DNA of 64,000 nucleotides, from contig UYFQ01000001.1 in NCBI GenBank assembly GCA_900617105.1, forward strand, positions 4,340,001 to 4,404,000, in the 5' to 3' direction. Shown here piece after piece: positions 1 through 11,498 of this stretch. How positions within the stretch are numbered: the first letter of the stretch is position 1; every line of letters begins with the position of its first letter. The notes under the pieces are model-generated. The model was not told where the DNA came from, did not search any database, and was given only the letters and a program-made list of their open reading frames with translations. Made by a program: the position numbers and the translations under genes. This DNA is from Hydrurus foetidus. Taxonomy: Eukaryota.

Positions 1-259
1 CGTGGCCAAAATGCGCGAGATCATTTCGCGCCAGCAGTTTGACGTCGCGATTCAGGCCGCGATTGGTGCCAACATCATTGCGCGTGAGACAATTAAAGCC
101 CTGCGCAAAAACGTGATCGCCAAGTGCTACGGCGGCGATATTTCACGCAAACGCAAGCTCCTTGAAAAACAAAAAGCCGGTAAAAAACGCATGAAACAAA
201 TCGGATCCGTTGAAGTGCCGCAAGAGGCATTTCTAGCCATTTTGCAGGTAGAAGACTGA
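1..259 (+). CDS. lepA: Elongation factor 4 (3' part only)
   Basis: C-terminal [30 protein letters not shown] motif; upstream of lepB. Confidence 0.97.
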   Translation, partial: VAKMREIISRQQFDVAIQAAIGANIIARETIKALRKNVIAKCYGGDISRKRKLLEKQKAGKKRMKQIGSVEVPQEAFLAILQVED

Positions 260-1254
260 TGTCAGCAGCAGTCAACAACACCATGGGCAGCATCACCGCC
301 GTTGTGCTGGCCGCATTTGTCGGCTATGGCGCGGCTTGGTATTTCGGCATGGTCGATGGCAATTTTTCATTGCTGCTGTTTCTGGCGGCGGTCGTCACTG
401 GCGTTTATTGGTTAGCCGAGCGGTTTTACTTTCTGCCGCAGCGCTACAAGCAGGTTGAGGCGCTGGACGAAGCAACTGCCAAGCGCCACGCCGAGCTGGC
501 CACCATGGGCATCACCAAAGTCGACACCGACACCAACGAGGCCAAAACCCGCCTTATCATGCAGCCCTGGTGGCTGGACTGGACGGCCGGGCTGTTCCCC
601 GTCATCATCGTGGTGTTTTTGCTGCGCTCCTTTTTGTTTGAGCCGTTCAAAATCCCGTCAGGCTCGATGATTCCGACCTTGATGATCAATGACTTGATCT
701 TGGTGAATAAATTCCACTACGGTGTGCGGCTGCCCGTCATTAACTTGAAGGTGCTCGACAACAACAGCCCGAAGCGTGGCGACGTCATGGTGTTTCGTTA
801 CCCGCCCAAGCCCAGCCTTGACTACATCAAGCGGGTGGTGGGGGTACCGGGTGACGAAGTAGCCTACCTGAACAAGAAGTTGACGATCAACGGCAAGCCC
901 TTGAGCAAAGCAGCGCTGCCCGATTTTTTCGACGAAGACACCATGCGTTATTCAAAGCAGTTTGAAGAAACAACCGATGCCAAGAAATACCGCCTACTCA
1001 ACGATGATGACCGGCGCAGCGGCATTGATGAGCGCGAGGTGATGGACTTCCCGAACAAACAAAATTGCCGCTACAGTAGCGAGGGCGTCATTTGCAAGGT
1101 GCCCGAGGGCCATTACTTCATGATGGGCGACAACCGCGACAATTCGCTTGATTCTCGATTTTGGGGCTTTGTGCCTGAGAAAAACATTGTGGGAAAAGCA
1201 TTTTTTGTGTGGATGAATTTTGGTAATCTCAAGCGTATCGGAACTTTCGACTAA
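259..1254 (+). CDS. lepB: Signal peptidase I
   Basis: EPFKIPSGSM, YIKRVVG and GDNRDNSLDSR motifs. Confidence 0.97.
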   Translation: MSAAVNNTMGSITAVVLAAFVGYGAAWYFGMVDGNFSLLLFLAAVVTGVYWLAERFYFLPQRYKQVEALDEATAKRHAELATMGITKVDTDTNEAKTRLIMQPWWLDWTAGLFPVIIVVFLLRSFLFEPFKIPSGSMIPTLMINDLILVNKFHYGVRLPVINLKVLDNNSPKRGDVMVFRYPPKPSLDYIKRVVGVPGDEVAYLNKKLTINGKPLSKAALPDFFDEDTMRYSKQFEETTDAKKYRLLNDDDRRSGIDEREVMDFPNKQNCRYSSEGVICKVPEGHYFMMGDNRDNSLDSRFWGFVPEKNIVGKAFFVWMNFGNLKRIGTFD

Positions 1255-1295
1255 GTTGCGGCGAGTCAGTGGTCCGTTTCACAAGGAAAAAAAGT

Positions 1296-1637
1296 ATGAA
1301 AAATAAGCAACTCGGGGTTTCTCTTCTTGGCATATTGTTTGTTGGTGGCGTGCTGGCGTTCGGCGCCATCGTCACTGCACAGGTGTTTCCAACCGCGATC
1401 GAGTACCAAGCCATTTCTAAAGCAGTAGGCAAGGCCGCCAGCGGAAACACGGTCCCCGAGGTGCGCAGTATTTTCGATAAGGCTGCTCAAATCGACGACA
1501 TCAAAGCAATTGCGGGTAAAGACCTTGAAGTCACCAAAGAAGGCGACAAAATTGTGGTCAGCTTCGCGTACAACAAAGAAATTCATTTGGGCGGCCCCGC
1601 GTATTTGCTGCTCAAGTACGCTGGCAAATCCAAGTAG
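1296..1637 (+). CDS. DUF4845-type small membrane protein
   Basis: Pilin-like N-terminus (KQLGVSLLG); usual position between lepB and rnc; ATG at 1296 chosen. Confidence 0.8.
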   Translation: MKNKQLGVSLLGILFVGGVLAFGAIVTAQVFPTAIEYQAISKAVGKAASGNTVPEVRSIFDKAAQIDDIKAIAGKDLEVTKEGDKIVVSFAYNKEIHLGGPAYLLLKYAGKSK

Positions 1638-1658
1638 CCTCGCAAAGCAGTTCATTCA

Positions 1659-2354
1659 GTGGGTGTCAGTGCCGCGCTTACTCCAAAACTGTTGGCGCTT
1701 CAGCAGCGTCTTGAGCACGACTTTAAAAACCCGGCGCTGTTGGTGCAGGCGCTTACGCATCGCAGCTTTTCTGCCGACCACAACGAGCGCATTGAGTTTT
1801 TAGGCGATTCTGTCTTAAACTTGGCCGTGGCCGGGCTGCTGTACGAGCGCTTGGGCGAGTTGCCCGAAGGCGATCTCTCGCGAGCGCGGGCCAACCTGGT
1901 TAAACAAGAAACCTTGCACCATATTGCCGAACAGTTAGGGCTGCCAAGCTTGCTCAGGCTTGGCGAGGGTGAAGTTAAATCGGGTGGGCAAAAGCGTCCG
2001 TCAATATTGGCAGACGCGCTTGAAGCGTTAATTGGCGCTGTATTTCTTGACGCTGGGTTTGAGCCGGCTCGTGATCTGGTCAAACGCCTGTTTAAAGATG
2101 TGCAAATCAACGCGCAAATGCAGGCCATTGGCAAAGACCCTAAAACGGAGTTACAAGAGTGGTTGCAAGGCCGAAAAATGAGTTTGCCTATCTACCGGGT
2201 GGTTGGCACGCAAGGCGCGGCGCACCAACAGACTTTTGATGTGGAATGCGAGATCATTGAGTATCGGCACGCAGAACGCGGCATAGGTGCGTCCCGCCGC
2301 TCGGGCGAGCAGGCTGCCGCCGTAGCCATGCTCGCCTATATAAAAACGCTATGA
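1659..2354 (+). CDS. rnc: Ribonuclease III
   Basis: [12 protein letters not shown] signature and C-terminal dsRBD (DPKTELQE). Confidence 0.97.
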   Translation: MGVSAALTPKLLALQQRLEHDFKNPALLVQALTHRSFSADHNERIEFLGDSVLNLAVAGLLYERLGELPEGDLSRARANLVKQETLHHIAEQLGLPSLLRLGEGEVKSGGQKRPSILADALEALIGAVFLDAGFEPARDLVKRLFKDVQINAQMQAIGKDPKTELQEWLQGRKMSLPIYRVVGTQGAAHQQTFDVECEIIEYRHAERGIGASRRSGEQAAAVAMLAYIKTL

Positions 2355-3379
2355 GCGATAAAAAATTGACACCTGACGAAGTTGCCGCCCAGATACAAGC
2401 CGCTGCCGTGGAAGCCATGATGGCCAAAGCGTTCTCTAAGCGCACCAGCACCACGCCCGCCAAAGATGCACCCGGCGCTCTGCCGGTTCCACCCCTTGAC
2501 TCCCAACGCTGCGGCTTGATTGCTATTGTGGGCAAGCCCAACGTCGGCAAATCAACGCTGCTGAACGCGCTGGTCGGCCAAAAAGTCAGCATCACGTCCC
2601 GCAAGGCGCAAACCACACGCCACCGGATTACCGGCATGAAAACAGTGGGTGCCACCCAGTTTGTATTTGTTGACACGCCGGGTTTTCAAACTCGCCACGG
2701 CAACGCACTGAACCGTTCATTGAACCGGACTGTGGTGGGTGCGGTGAATGATGTGGACTTGATTGTGTTTGTGGTCGAGGCCGGGCAGTTCAACCAGGCC
2801 GACGAAAAGGTGCTGAGCTTGTTGCCTACAGGCACGCCCGCTATTTTGCTAGCCAACAAGTTTGACTTGATTCACCGCCGGGGCGACATTGCGCCGTGGT
2901 TGCAAATGATGCAAACCAAGCGCGATTTTGCCGAGTTTGTGCCTATGTCGGCCAACAGTTCCAAAGACGTCGAGCGCATGTTTGGCATTTGTGAAAAGTA
3001 CCTGCCCCAGCAAGCGTGGATGTACGAGGCCGACGCGCTGACTGACCGCAGCGACCGTTTCATGGCGGCAGAAATGATTCGAGAAAAGCTGTTTCGCCTG
3101 ACGGGTGATGAGCTGCCGTACACCTCAACAGTCATCATCGACAAGTACGAGCAAGAAGGCAACCTGCGCAAAATAGCCGCCACGATTGTGGTTGAACGTG
3201 ACGGCCACAAGGGCATGATCATTGGCGATAAAGGCGAAAAGCTCAAGCGCATGGGCACGGAGGCGCGCCACGAGCTGGAAGCGCTGACGGGCAATAAAGT
3301 GTTTCTTGAGATCTGGGTAAAAGTGCGCTCAGGCTGGGCCGACGACGAAGCACGCGTCAAGACTTTTGGCTATGAGTGA
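2351..3379 (+). CDS. era: GTPase Era
   Basis: [12 protein letters not shown] and NKFD motifs, KH domain. Confidence 0.97.
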   Translation: MSDKKLTPDEVAAQIQAAAVEAMMAKAFSKRTSTTPAKDAPGALPVPPLDSQRCGLIAIVGKPNVGKSTLLNALVGQKVSITSRKAQTTRHRITGMKTVGATQFVFVDTPGFQTRHGNALNRSLNRTVVGAVNDVDLIVFVVEAGQFNQADEKVLSLLPTGTPAILLANKFDLIHRRGDIAPWLQMMQTKRDFAEFVPMSANSSKDVERMFGICEKYLPQQAWMYEADALTDRSDRFMAAEMIREKLFRLTGDELPYTSTVIIDKYEQEGNLRKIAATIVVERDGHKGMIIGDKGEKLKRMGTEARHELEALTGNKVFLEIWVKVRSGWADDEARVKTFGYE

Positions 3380-3388
3380 GTTCAAGCC

Positions 3389-4138
3389 TTGCCAGTCAAA
3401 CGCATCGTTGATGAACCCGCTTATGTCTTGCATCGCTACGACTGGAGTGAGTCCAGTCTGATTCTGGAAGTTTTCACCCGTACCTATGGGCGGGTGGCGT
3501 TGATTGCACGCGGTGCTAAAAAACCCAGCTCTAATTTCAGGCCCATCTTGTTGCCGTTGCAGCCGCTGCACCTAGCCTTCGGTGGTGATGCTGAAATACG
3601 CAACCTTAAAAGTGCCGAATGGCAGGGCGGCCACGTCATGCCGACGGGCGATGCGCTGCTGTCGGGCTACTATTTAAACGAGCTGCTCATGCGCCTGCTG
3701 GCGCGTGATGACCCGCACCCGGTGCTGTTTGACGCGTATGCTGCCACCGTGCAATTACTGGCCAGCCAAAGCATTGACACGCTGCAAGTGGCCTTGCGCG
3801 CATTTGAGCTGCGCCTGCTGCGCGACATTGGTTTTTTGCCCCTGCTTGATGCGCAAACCGCCACGCTGGCCACGCTGGAGCTTGAGACAAACTATGTTCT
3901 GCTGGCAGAAGCCGGCCTGCGTGAAGCGCATGACGACGACCGCAGCGCCTTGAACGGCGCGCAGTGGCTGGCGCTGCAGCAGGCACTGGATGGCGACTCG
4001 CCCTTTGTCGACACCATGCAAGCCTGCGTCAACCATTTGCCTGAGCTGAAAACCCAGCTGCGAGCGCTGCTGCACTACCATTGTGATGTTAAGGTGCTTA
4101 AAACCCGGCAGATGATGATGGATCTGCAAGCTCTATAG
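3389..4138 (+). CDS. recO: DNA repair protein RecO
   Basis: [16 protein letters not shown]-terminus; synteny. Confidence 0.95.
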   Translation: MPVKRIVDEPAYVLHRYDWSESSLILEVFTRTYGRVALIARGAKKPSSNFRPILLPLQPLHLAFGGDAEIRNLKSAEWQGGHVMPTGDALLSGYYLNELLMRLLARDDPHPVLFDAYAATVQLLASQSIDTLQVALRAFELRLLRDIGFLPLLDAQTATLATLELETNYVLLAEAGLREAHDDDRSALNGAQWLALQQALDGDSPFVDTMQACVNHLPELKTQLRALLHYHCDVKVLKTRQMMMDLQAL

Positions 4139-4156
4139 GCTCAGGCATTTCAAAAA

Positions 4157-4927
4157 ATGACCCATAAAACTGCACTTTCAGTCAACGTTAACAAGGTTGC
4201 CTTGCTGCGCAACACGCGGCACTTGGGCATACCGGATGTGGTGCGAGCCGCTCGCATTTGCCTCGAGGCGGGTGCTAATGGCATCACGGTACATCCACGC
4301 CCCGATGAGCGTCATATCCGCAGTGCCGATGTGTTTGAAATTGCCGCGATGATGAAAGACTGGCCCGACCGTGAGTTCAATATCGAAGGCAATCCGTTTC
4401 AAAACCTGATAGGTTTTGTGCACGACCTGTCAGCGCGCGGCCTGCCGCTGCACCAGTGCACCTTTGTACCCGACAGTGAAGACCAGTTCACCAGTGACCA
4501 CGGCTGGGCTTTTCCGCAAGATGCCGATCGACTCAAGCCTTTGATCGATGAGGTTCATGCACGCCGAGTCCGAGTCAGTCTGTTCATGGACCCGATTCCT
4601 GAAGCCATGGCCGCAGCGAAAGCCGTCGGCGCTGACCGGGTTGAGTTCTATACCGAAAGTTATGCCAGCGCGTTCAATTCGTCCCAAAAATCAGAAGCGT
4701 TAAGCCGTTTTACCCAATCAGCACGTGCAGCAGCAGCTATTGATTTAGGAGTAAACGCAGGCCATGATTTGAACCGTGACAACCTCACCGAATTTTTAAA
4801 AGCCGTTCCCGGCGTGCTGGAAGTGTCGATTGGCCATGCGCTGGTGGCTGATGCGCTGGAGTTGGGTTACGCGCCAACGGTCAGAGATTATTTGCGCTGC
4901 ATAGACGAGGCGTTCGCAGGTAAATGA
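4157..4927 (+). CDS. pdxJ: Pyridoxine 5'-phosphate synthase
   Basis: [19 protein letters not shown] and EVSIGHA motifs. Confidence 0.96.
   Translation: MTHKTALSVNVNKVALLRNTRHLGIPDVVRAARICLEAGANGITVHPRPDERHIRSADVFEIAAMMKDWPDREFNIEGNPFQNLIGFVHDLSARGLPLHQCTFVPDSEDQFTSDHGWAFPQDADRLKPLIDEVHARRVRVSLFMDPIPEAMAAAKAVGADRVEFYTESYASAFNSSQKSEALSRFTQSARAAAAIDLGVNAGHDLNRDNLTEFLKAVPGVLEVSIGHALVADALELGYAPTVRDYLRCIDEAFAGK
4710..4752 (-). repeat. REP-like copy embedded in pdxJ coding sequence
   Basis: CCCAATCAGCACGTGCAGCAGCAGCTATTGATTTAGGAGT aligns without gaps to the intergenic copies. Confidence 0.75.
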
Positions 4928-5319
4928 TCTTTGGAATAGGCACCGATATTTGCGATGTTCGCCGTATTCGCGCCAGCGTTGAACGCCATGGCGAACGATT
5001 TGCCAAAAAAATCTTGAGCGACGGCGAGATGAAAACCTGGCAAGAGCGCAGCGCCCGATGGCCTGACCGGGGCGTCAGCTTTCTGGCCACCCGCTTTTCA
5101 GCCAAAGAAGCCTTCAGCAAAGCCATCGGCATGGGCATGCGCATGCCCATGACGTGGCGCAACTGCGAGATTACAAAAGAGGCAAGTGGCAAACCTTGCA
5201 TCGTGCTGCATGGCGAGCTGAAGGCGTGGTTTGAAGCGCGCCAGCTCAGCGCCCATGTCAGCGTGACGGACGAAACCGATTACGCTGCCAGCTTTGTGGT
5301 CATCGAGCAAAAAACCTAA
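4924..5319 (+). CDS. acpS: Holo-ACP synthase
   Basis: GIGTDI and [11 protein letters not shown] motifs. Confidence 0.96.
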   Translation: MIFGIGTDICDVRRIRASVERHGERFAKKILSDGEMKTWQERSARWPDRGVSFLATRFSAKEAFSKAIGMGMRMPMTWRNCEITKEASGKPCIVLHGELKAWFEARQLSAHVSVTDETDYAASFVVIEQKT

Positions 5320-5349
5320 ATTTGGCCTCTTTTGAAGCATAAAATAGGT

Positions 5350-5396
5350 CTGTAGCCCAATAAATACGGGCGCAAGCAGCTCCTGAATTAATAGTA
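5350..5396 (-). repeat. REP-like family copy
   Basis: TAGCCCAATAAATACGGGCGCAAGCAGCT...ATAGT. Confidence 0.9.
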
Positions 5397-5411
5397 ATCA
5401 AATAAACCATC

Positions 5412-6470
5412 ATGACCCAACACGCTCCCCTCATCATCGACATCGCCGGTTTAACGCTGACCAAGGACGACCGCCGCCGCCTGAAAAACCCACTCACGGG
5501 CGGCATCATTTTGTTTGCCCGTAACTGGGAAAACCGCGCGCAGCTCACAGCCTTGTGCGCTGCGATCAAAGCCATTCGCAAAGACCTGCTGATTTGCGTT
5601 GACCATGAAGGTGGGCGCGTGCAGCGCTTTAAAACCGATGGCTTTACCCACCTGCCGCCAATGCGCGCCCTGGGCGAGTTGTGGGTTAAGGACCAGTTGG
5701 CAGCGACCAACGCCGCCACCGCTTGCGGCTACGTGCTGGGTGCAGAGTTGCGCAGCTGCGGCGTTGACTTCAGCTTCACGCCCGTTCTTGACCTCGATTT
5801 TGGTGAAAGCTCCGTCATCGGTGACCGCGCCTTCGGACGTGACCCGCGTGTTGTCACGCTGTTGGCCAAAAGCATGATGCACGGCCTGCTGCAAGCCGGC
5901 ATGGCGAATTGCGGCAAACACTTCCCCGGCCACGGTTTTGTCAAAGCCGATTCGCACCACGAGATTCCTGTCGATAAACGCAGCCTCAAAGCGATTTTGA
6001 CGGACGACGCTGCCCCGTATGAGTGGCTCAACACCACATTGACCAGCGTCATGCCCGCCCACGTGATTTACCCAAAAGTCGACAGCCGGCCAGCGGGCTT
6101 TTCAGAGCAATGGCTGACCTATATCTTGCGTGGGCAACTGGGCTTTGGCGGTGCGATTTTCAGCGACGACCTGAGCATGGCAGGGGCCCGCATCATTGAC
6201 GGCAAACAAGTGTCGTACACCCAGGCAGCAGTCACCGCATTGAATGCAGGCTGCGACATGGTGTTGCTGTGCAACCAGTCAGTAGATGGTGGCAAGGCGG
6301 TTGACGAGCTGCTGGACGGCATGGCCGAGGCGCTGCTCAAAGGCCGCTGGGAAGCGCTTGAATCCAGCGAGCTGCGCAGACTGGATTTACTGCCCACCAC
6401 CAAAGCGCACCATTGGGACGACCTGATGTTGCACCCGGCTTACATGCACGCAATGGGGTTAATTCCATGA
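5412..6470 (+). CDS. nagZ: Beta-N-acetylhexosaminidase (GH3)
   Basis: DHEGGRVQR, KHFPGHG and DSH motifs. Confidence 0.95.
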   Translation: MTQHAPLIIDIAGLTLTKDDRRRLKNPLTGGIILFARNWENRAQLTALCAAIKAIRKDLLICVDHEGGRVQRFKTDGFTHLPPMRALGELWVKDQLAATNAATACGYVLGAELRSCGVDFSFTPVLDLDFGESSVIGDRAFGRDPRVVTLLAKSMMHGLLQAGMANCGKHFPGHGFVKADSHHEIPVDKRSLKAILTDDAAPYEWLNTTLTSVMPAHVIYPKVDSRPAGFSEQWLTYILRGQLGFGGAIFSDDLSMAGARIIDGKQVSYTQAAVTALNAGCDMVLLCNQSVDGGKAVDELLDGMAEALLKGRWEALESSELRRLDLLPTTKAHHWDDLMLHPAYMHAMGLIP

Positions 6471-7429
6471 ACCAAATTTTTGCCAAACCAGTTCACAAAC
6501 GCACCGTCGCCAAGCTTGCACTAGGCTGCCTCACGGCACTAGTCGGCGCGGCTGCCTTCGCGCAAGCGCCTGCGCCCGTGCGGGTCGGCTCCAAAATCGA
6601 CACTGAAGGCAAGCTGCTCGGCAACATGATCGTGCTGGCGCTTGAGGCCAACGGCATTAAAACCCAAAGCAAACTCTCCCTTGGCAACACGCAGGTCATG
6701 CGTGGCGCGCTCACTGCGGGTGAAATTGACATTTACCCCGAGTACACCGGCAACGGTGCCTTCATCTTTGCTGAAGAAAAAAGCCCGGTCTGGAAGAACT
6801 TGCAGTCGGGCTACGAGCGCGTCAAAACGCTTGACCTGGCCAAAAACAAAATTGTCTGGTTGCAACCCGCCCCTGCCAACAACACCTGGACGATTGCGGT
6901 GCGCAAAGACCTGGCGGCAGCCAACAAGCTGGCAACGCTAGGCGAGTTGTCAGCCTGGCTGGCGGGCGCAGGCGCCAAGCCGGGGCAGTTCAAGCTGGCG
7001 GCATCGGCTGAATTTGTCGAGCGCTCTGACGCGCTACCGGCGTTTCAGGCGGCATACAAATTCAAGCTCAAGCCCGAGCAAGTGCTCAGTCTGGCCGGTG
7101 GCGATACGGCGGTCACCATCCGTGCGGCGTACGAAAAAACTTCTGGCGTGAATGCCGCCATGGCCTACGGTACCGATGGCGCAGTAGCCGCGCTGGGCTT
7201 GGTCACGCTCGAAGACCCCCAAAACGTGCAGCCTGTGTACGCGCCTGCGCCCACTGTGCGCGAAGACGTTCTGCAAAAGAACCCCAAAATTGCCGATGCG
7301 CTGGCACCGGTTTTCAAGCTGCTCGACCGCGCCACGCTGCAAACGCTTAACGCCAAAATTCAGCTCGAAGGGCAAGACGCGAAAAAAGTAGCCAGTGATT
7401 TTTTAAAGTCAAAAGGCCTGCTGAAGTAG
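6467..7429 (+). CDS. Osmoprotectant ABC substrate-binding protein (OsmF/YehZ-like)
   Basis: VGSKIDTEG, DIYPEYTG and NNTW motifs; signal peptide. Confidence 0.9.
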   Translation: MNQIFAKPVHKRTVAKLALGCLTALVGAAAFAQAPAPVRVGSKIDTEGKLLGNMIVLALEANGIKTQSKLSLGNTQVMRGALTAGEIDIYPEYTGNGAFIFAEEKSPVWKNLQSGYERVKTLDLAKNKIVWLQPAPANNTWTIAVRKDLAAANKLATLGELSAWLAGAGAKPGQFKLAASAEFVERSDALPAFQAAYKFKLKPEQVLSLAGGDTAVTIRAAYEKTSGVNAAMAYGTDGAVAALGLVTLEDPQNVQPVYAPAPTVREDVLQKNPKIADALAPVFKLLDRATLQTLNAKIQLEGQDAKKVASDFLKSKGLLK

Positions 7430-7469
7430 GCTGCCCCTCCTGACCTGGCCCGACCGAGCCCGATCAAGC

Positions 7470-8681
7470 GTGATCCAGGCAAGGCACCGTAACCCTGTGT
7501 TGGCCAGCCTGGCAGTGCTCAGCCTGGCTGCCCTTTGCGGCTTGCCGTTTTTGCAGATTGCGCCAAATCGGTTGGTGTCAGGCCAGCCGCTGTATTTTTT
7601 CTCGCTGCTTCAGGGCGTGGCTTGGCTGCCCTCTCGCCTGCTTGCCAGCCTGTTGGTTGCAACAGTGGTGGCAGCTAGTGTGGTGTGTTTTCTCAAGCCG
7701 TCCAGGCGGTGGTTAACTGCGGCTTTGGTGTTGACTGCGCTAGCCCTGCCCAGCCTGCTTTGGTTTGCAGCAAGTCAGGCAAGCGCCGGTCTGCAAGGCC
7801 AGACGGGTCTAACCAATTTATCGGGCCTGTCCCGTGCGTCACTCGGCGGCGGGTTCTGGCTCGCTTTTGTGTTGCTTGCCTTTGCCGTCAGCAGCGCGCT
7901 GCAGCAGCTGCGTACCAGCGCGCTGCAATCAGCCGGGGCAGGCGCGGTATTGTTGCTTTGCTTGGCGGTGTTGCTGGCCAGTGGCGCATGCACCGACTTG
8001 TCACTTGTTAAAGAGTACGCCAACCGCGCTGATGGGTTTGCGCAAGTCATTGCGCGGCATTTGCAAATTGTCGCGCTGGCGATGGCGTTCACTCTTGCCA
8101 TTGGCCTGCCGCTGGCATGGGCCGCGCATGTGCGCCCCGCTGTGGGCACGGCAGTGTTTGCCGTGCTGAACATCGTTCAGACCATTCCTTCTATTGCGCT
8201 TTTCGGCTTGTTGATGTTGCCGCTGGCGCTGCTGGCCGCTGCCGCACCTGCACTGGGCCGCGCGGGCATCAGCGGCGTGGGCCTGGCCCCCGCCGTGATT
8301 GCGCTGACGCTGTACGCCTTGCTGCCGGTGGTGCGCAGCACGCTGACCGGCTTGCAGCAAGTCAGCAGCTCAACGGCCAGCGCCGCCTTAGCTTTGGGGC
8401 TAACGCGCCTGCAAGTGCTGTGGGCCGTTGAGCTGCCGCTGGCATTGCCCATTGCGTTGGGCGGTGTGCGCACCGCTGCAGTCGCAACTGTGGGGCTGGC
8501 TGCGGTGTCAGCGCTGATTGGCGCGGGCGGCTTGGGCAGTATTGTGTTTGAGGGGCTGTTTGCCAACGCGCAAGACTTGGTGCTGCTAGGCGTGTTGCCC
8601 ATCGTTGCGCTTGGCGTTTTGACTGATCTGCTTTTTAAAGCGCTCACTGCCTGGGCACGGCTGAAGGCGCAGCCGCAGTGA
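7470..8681 (+). CDS. Osmoprotectant ABC permease (YehY-like)
   Basis: Hydrophobic; QTIPSIAL and IGAGGLG motifs. Confidence 0.88.
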   Translation: MIQARHRNPVLASLAVLSLAALCGLPFLQIAPNRLVSGQPLYFFSLLQGVAWLPSRLLASLLVATVVAASVVCFLKPSRRWLTAALVLTALALPSLLWFAASQASAGLQGQTGLTNLSGLSRASLGGGFWLAFVLLAFAVSSALQQLRTSALQSAGAGAVLLLCLAVLLASGACTDLSLVKEYANRADGFAQVIARHLQIVALAMAFTLAIGLPLAWAAHVRPAVGTAVFAVLNIVQTIPSIALFGLLMLPLALLAAAAPALGRAGISGVGLAPAVIALTLYALLPVVRSTLTGLQQVSSSTASAALALGLTRLQVLWAVELPLALPIALGGVRTAAVATVGLAAVSALIGAGGLGSIVFEGLFANAQDLVLLGVLPIVALGVLTDLLFKALTAWARLKAQPQ

Positions 8682-9412
8682 CTGCAAACCGCGCACTGCT
8701 AACTGCATTGGCTTCAGGCGCTGTGTTGGCCGCACTGGTTGCAGCGCTGCCGCACTCTGCGCCGTTTTTTGCTTACCTTTTCCCGGCCCTCGAACGCCCG
8801 TTGTACGCCCAAGAACCCTTCGCCGAGCTGCTGCTGCAGCACCTTGTGCTGGTAGCGGTGTCTAGCGGGATGGCCGTTGTAGTTGGCACGGCCATCGGCC
8901 TTTGCGTAACCCGGCGTTGGGGGCAGCCCTTCAAGCCGCTGGTTGAAAGCGTGCTGGCCATTGCCCAGGCCTTTCCCCCGGTGGCGGTGCTGGCGTTGGC
9001 TGTGCCTATTGTGGGTTTTGGCGAGCTGCCTGCGCTGCTTGCGTTGGCGCTTTATGGCTTGCTGCCCGTGGTGCAGGGCGCGCTGGCCGGCCTGCACGGC
9101 GTGCCGCTGGTGCAGCGGCAAGCGGCTTTTAGCCTGGGGCTGACAGCTGGCCAGTGCCTGCGCTACGTCGACATTCCGCTGGCGCTGCCTGTGTGGCTTG
9201 CTGGTGTGCGCACGTCAGTCATCATCAATATCGGCACGGCGACCATTGCGTCTACGGTAGGTGCCAAAACACTGGGTTCGCCGATTATTGTTGGGCTGAG
9301 CGGTTTCAACACGGCCTATGTGTTGCAAGGCGCAGTACTGGTGGCGCTGCTGGCGGTAACGGTGGACTTGATGTTTGAGTGGCTGGCGCGGCGAGCTGCC
9401 TGGCCGACTTGA
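8678..9412 (+). CDS. Osmoprotectant ABC permease (YehW-like)
   Basis: [10 protein letters not shown] and [21 protein letters not shown] motifs. Confidence 0.88.
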   Translation: MTANRALLTALASGAVLAALVAALPHSAPFFAYLFPALERPLYAQEPFAELLLQHLVLVAVSSGMAVVVGTAIGLCVTRRWGQPFKPLVESVLAIAQAFPPVAVLALAVPIVGFGELPALLALALYGLLPVVQGALAGLHGVPLVQRQAAFSLGLTAGQCLRYVDIPLALPVWLAGVRTSVIINIGTATIASTVGAKTLGSPIIVGLSGFNTAYVLQGAVLVALLAVTVDLMFEWLARRAAWPT

Positions 9413-9431
9413 ATGCAATCACCGAGCAGAA

Positions 9432-9470
9432 TGCTATCAATTCAGAAGCTGCTCGCGCCCGTATTGATTG
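9432..9470 (+). repeat. REP-like family copy
   Basis: TGCTATCAATTCAGAAGCTGCTCGCGCCCGTATTGATTG. Confidence 0.85.
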
Positions 9471-9559
9471 AACGAAACACTTGTTTGATGCTTATTTTGG
9501 CCTGTTTAAGACCGTTTTAAGGCCGAATCAATGCGCGTGCAACACTGACTCGGCACACA

Positions 9560-10228
9560 TCAAGCCAGCGGATTTCCCTCGGCCACCATGCCGCCCCATT
9601 GGTCCATCGTCAGCAGCCCGCCTGCGGTGTCGGCCTTGTTTTGATCACGCGCGGGCAGGGCGCCTTGAATCACGTCAATGCGCTTCCAGCCCGGAATCGG
9701 CTGCGCGCCGGTGACTGCATCAGGCACGTAACGCGAGCCATTGATGCGCTGCATTTTTGGAATGTAGCGCGGGCAGTTGGTAATGAGTGCGGTGATGTCG
9801 ACCTTGACTGCAAACTGCGCACCGGGAAATCGGCCGACCATGGCTTTGTCATCCGTCAGCGTGGCGCGGCCTTGTACGCGCAGGCGGGCAGGGCGGTCAA
9901 ACGCCATGAAAAGCATGCCAATTTCCGACGTGGTCGCAATATTGCCCATTGAAAAATACATGCCGTTGCCGTCGTAGTTGGGAAACACCAGCGTGCGGTC
10001 ATCAATGATGTTGACGAAGCCTGGCGCGCCGCCCTTGTAGCTGACAGTGGGCGAGCCTTTGTCGTCAACGGATGCGAGCCAAAACATCTCTGCCGAGCTG
10101 ATAAAGCCCTTGTCGGGCTCACTCAGCTCGTCATGAACGATGGCCTGCAACTCGGCATCTGCCAGGTTGCGGGTGTCAAAACGGTCTTGCAGTTTGCGTG
10201 CTTCCTGGGTGTAGCCAAATTGCGCCAT
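9560..10228 (-). CDS. Pyridoxamine 5'-phosphate oxidase-like FMN-binding protein
   Basis: SYKGGAPGFV, FPNYDGNG and NCPRYI motifs. Confidence 0.85.
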   Translation of the reverse strand: MAQFGYTQEARKLQDRFDTRNLADAELQAIVHDELSEPDKGFISSAEMFWLASVDDKGSPTVSYKGGAPGFVNIIDDRTLVFPNYDGNGMYFSMGNIATTSEIGMLFMAFDRPARLRVQGRATLTDDKAMVGRFPGAQFAVKVDITALITNCPRYIPKMQRINGSRYVPDAVTGAQPIPGWKRIDVIQGALPARDQNKADTAGGLLTMDQWGGMVAEGNPLA

Positions 10229-10252
10229 GTTTGCTCCTTGCAAGGTTGAGGT

Positions 10253-11263
10253 TTAGTTTTGCTCGGCGGTTGACTCAGCCGCCTGACGCAGGCCCTGGTC
10301 AAAGTTCACCACCGGGCGGCGGCGGGTGGTGTCCAGCATCAGGCGGGTCACGTCGGGGCGTGAATAGTGGCCGACTGGGTCAGCGGCGGCTTTGGCGACC
10401 GAGATCATTGGCAAGCTGATGTCGGCGTACAAAATGCCTTCCACGTCTTCGGCCAGCGGCTCGCACAGGGGGCGGCCATCGGGCCCAAAAATCATCGAAT
10501 AGCCGCCGCCGGCTTTGCCGGTTTCAGGGTTCAGCATGCCGCGCTTGTCGGGTGTGTCGCACAGCATGTCGAACGTGTCGTTGCCGGTAATGGCCACTGC
10601 GGCCAGCACGTAGCAACCGCCTTCTACCGCATACACCTGGCTGGCCGCCATGTTGACCTGGCTGCCCAGCGCGTACGCGCCGCCGCGGTACAGCGTGAAC
10701 GATGGCCACGCAGCCACATGCACCTGCTCTTGCATTGAATACATGGCGTACTTTGACAGCGGCTGCAAGTGCTCCCAGCAGCACAGCCCGCCCACGCGGC
10801 CCACGCTGGTGTCGGCGACGCGGAAATCAGAGCCGTCACCTTCACCAAACAGCGTGCGCTCAACGTGTGTCGGCTTGAGCTTGCGGCGCGCGTAAATCAG
10901 CTTGCCGTCATCGCCAATCAGCGCTTGAGCCATGAACAAACTGCCGCCATCAATCTCGGTAAAACCAATCATCACGTTGATGTTGTTGCGGCCCGCGGCT
11001 GCACAAAGCTCAGCCATCTCTGGCCCGTCAACCCGCATTGAATTGGCGTGGTAACGCGGCACAAACTGCAGGCCCCACGCCGGTGCGCCCAGCCACAGCC
11101 ACCAAGGGTAGCCGGGTAGCCAGGTCTCGGGGAAGGCAATCAGCTTGGCGCCGTTTTTGGCGGCTTCGTCAATCAGTTTGATGGATTTGGCAAGCGTGGC
11201 CTGCAAGTCCATGTAAACGGGCGCAGCCTGAATAACGGCTGCTTTAAAGTTTTGATGCACCAT
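10253..11263 (-). CDS. Nitrilase (carbon-nitrogen hydrolase)
   Basis: [16 protein letters not shown] and LCCWEH catalytic-triad motifs; ATG at 11263 follows an AGGGA RBS. Confidence 0.93.
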   Translation of the reverse strand: MVHQNFKAAVIQAAPVYMDLQATLAKSIKLIDEAAKNGAKLIAFPETWLPGYPWWLWLGAPAWGLQFVPRYHANSMRVDGPEMAELCAAAGRNNINVMIGFTEIDGGSLFMAQALIGDDGKLIYARRKLKPTHVERTLFGEGDGSDFRVADTSVGRVGGLCCWEHLQPLSKYAMYSMQEQVHVAAWPSFTLYRGGAYALGSQVNMAASQVYAVEGGCYVLAAVAITGNDTFDMLCDTPDKRGMLNPETGKAGGGYSMIFGPDGRPLCEPLAEDVEGILYADISLPMISVAKAAADPVGHYSRPDVTRLMLDTTRRRPVVNFDQGLRQAAESTAEQN

Positions 11264-11498
11264 AAAAATCCCTGTAAAAATGGGTTTAACCCGGCTCGAT
11301 TGGCATGAAAAAGCGCTGCCGAACAGACAACGCTCTTCATCGAATACTAGGGGCGGCGCACGGAAACGACTTGACTGTGAGCGCGCCTGGTCATGCCTGC
11401 AGGCGCGCGGCGCACCCGCACTTACCCGGTAGCCGTTTGCCAATCAAGAGCCCTGGTGCTAGCATGAAAACTCATCTATTTCGCTGCTCTTGCCCCGC

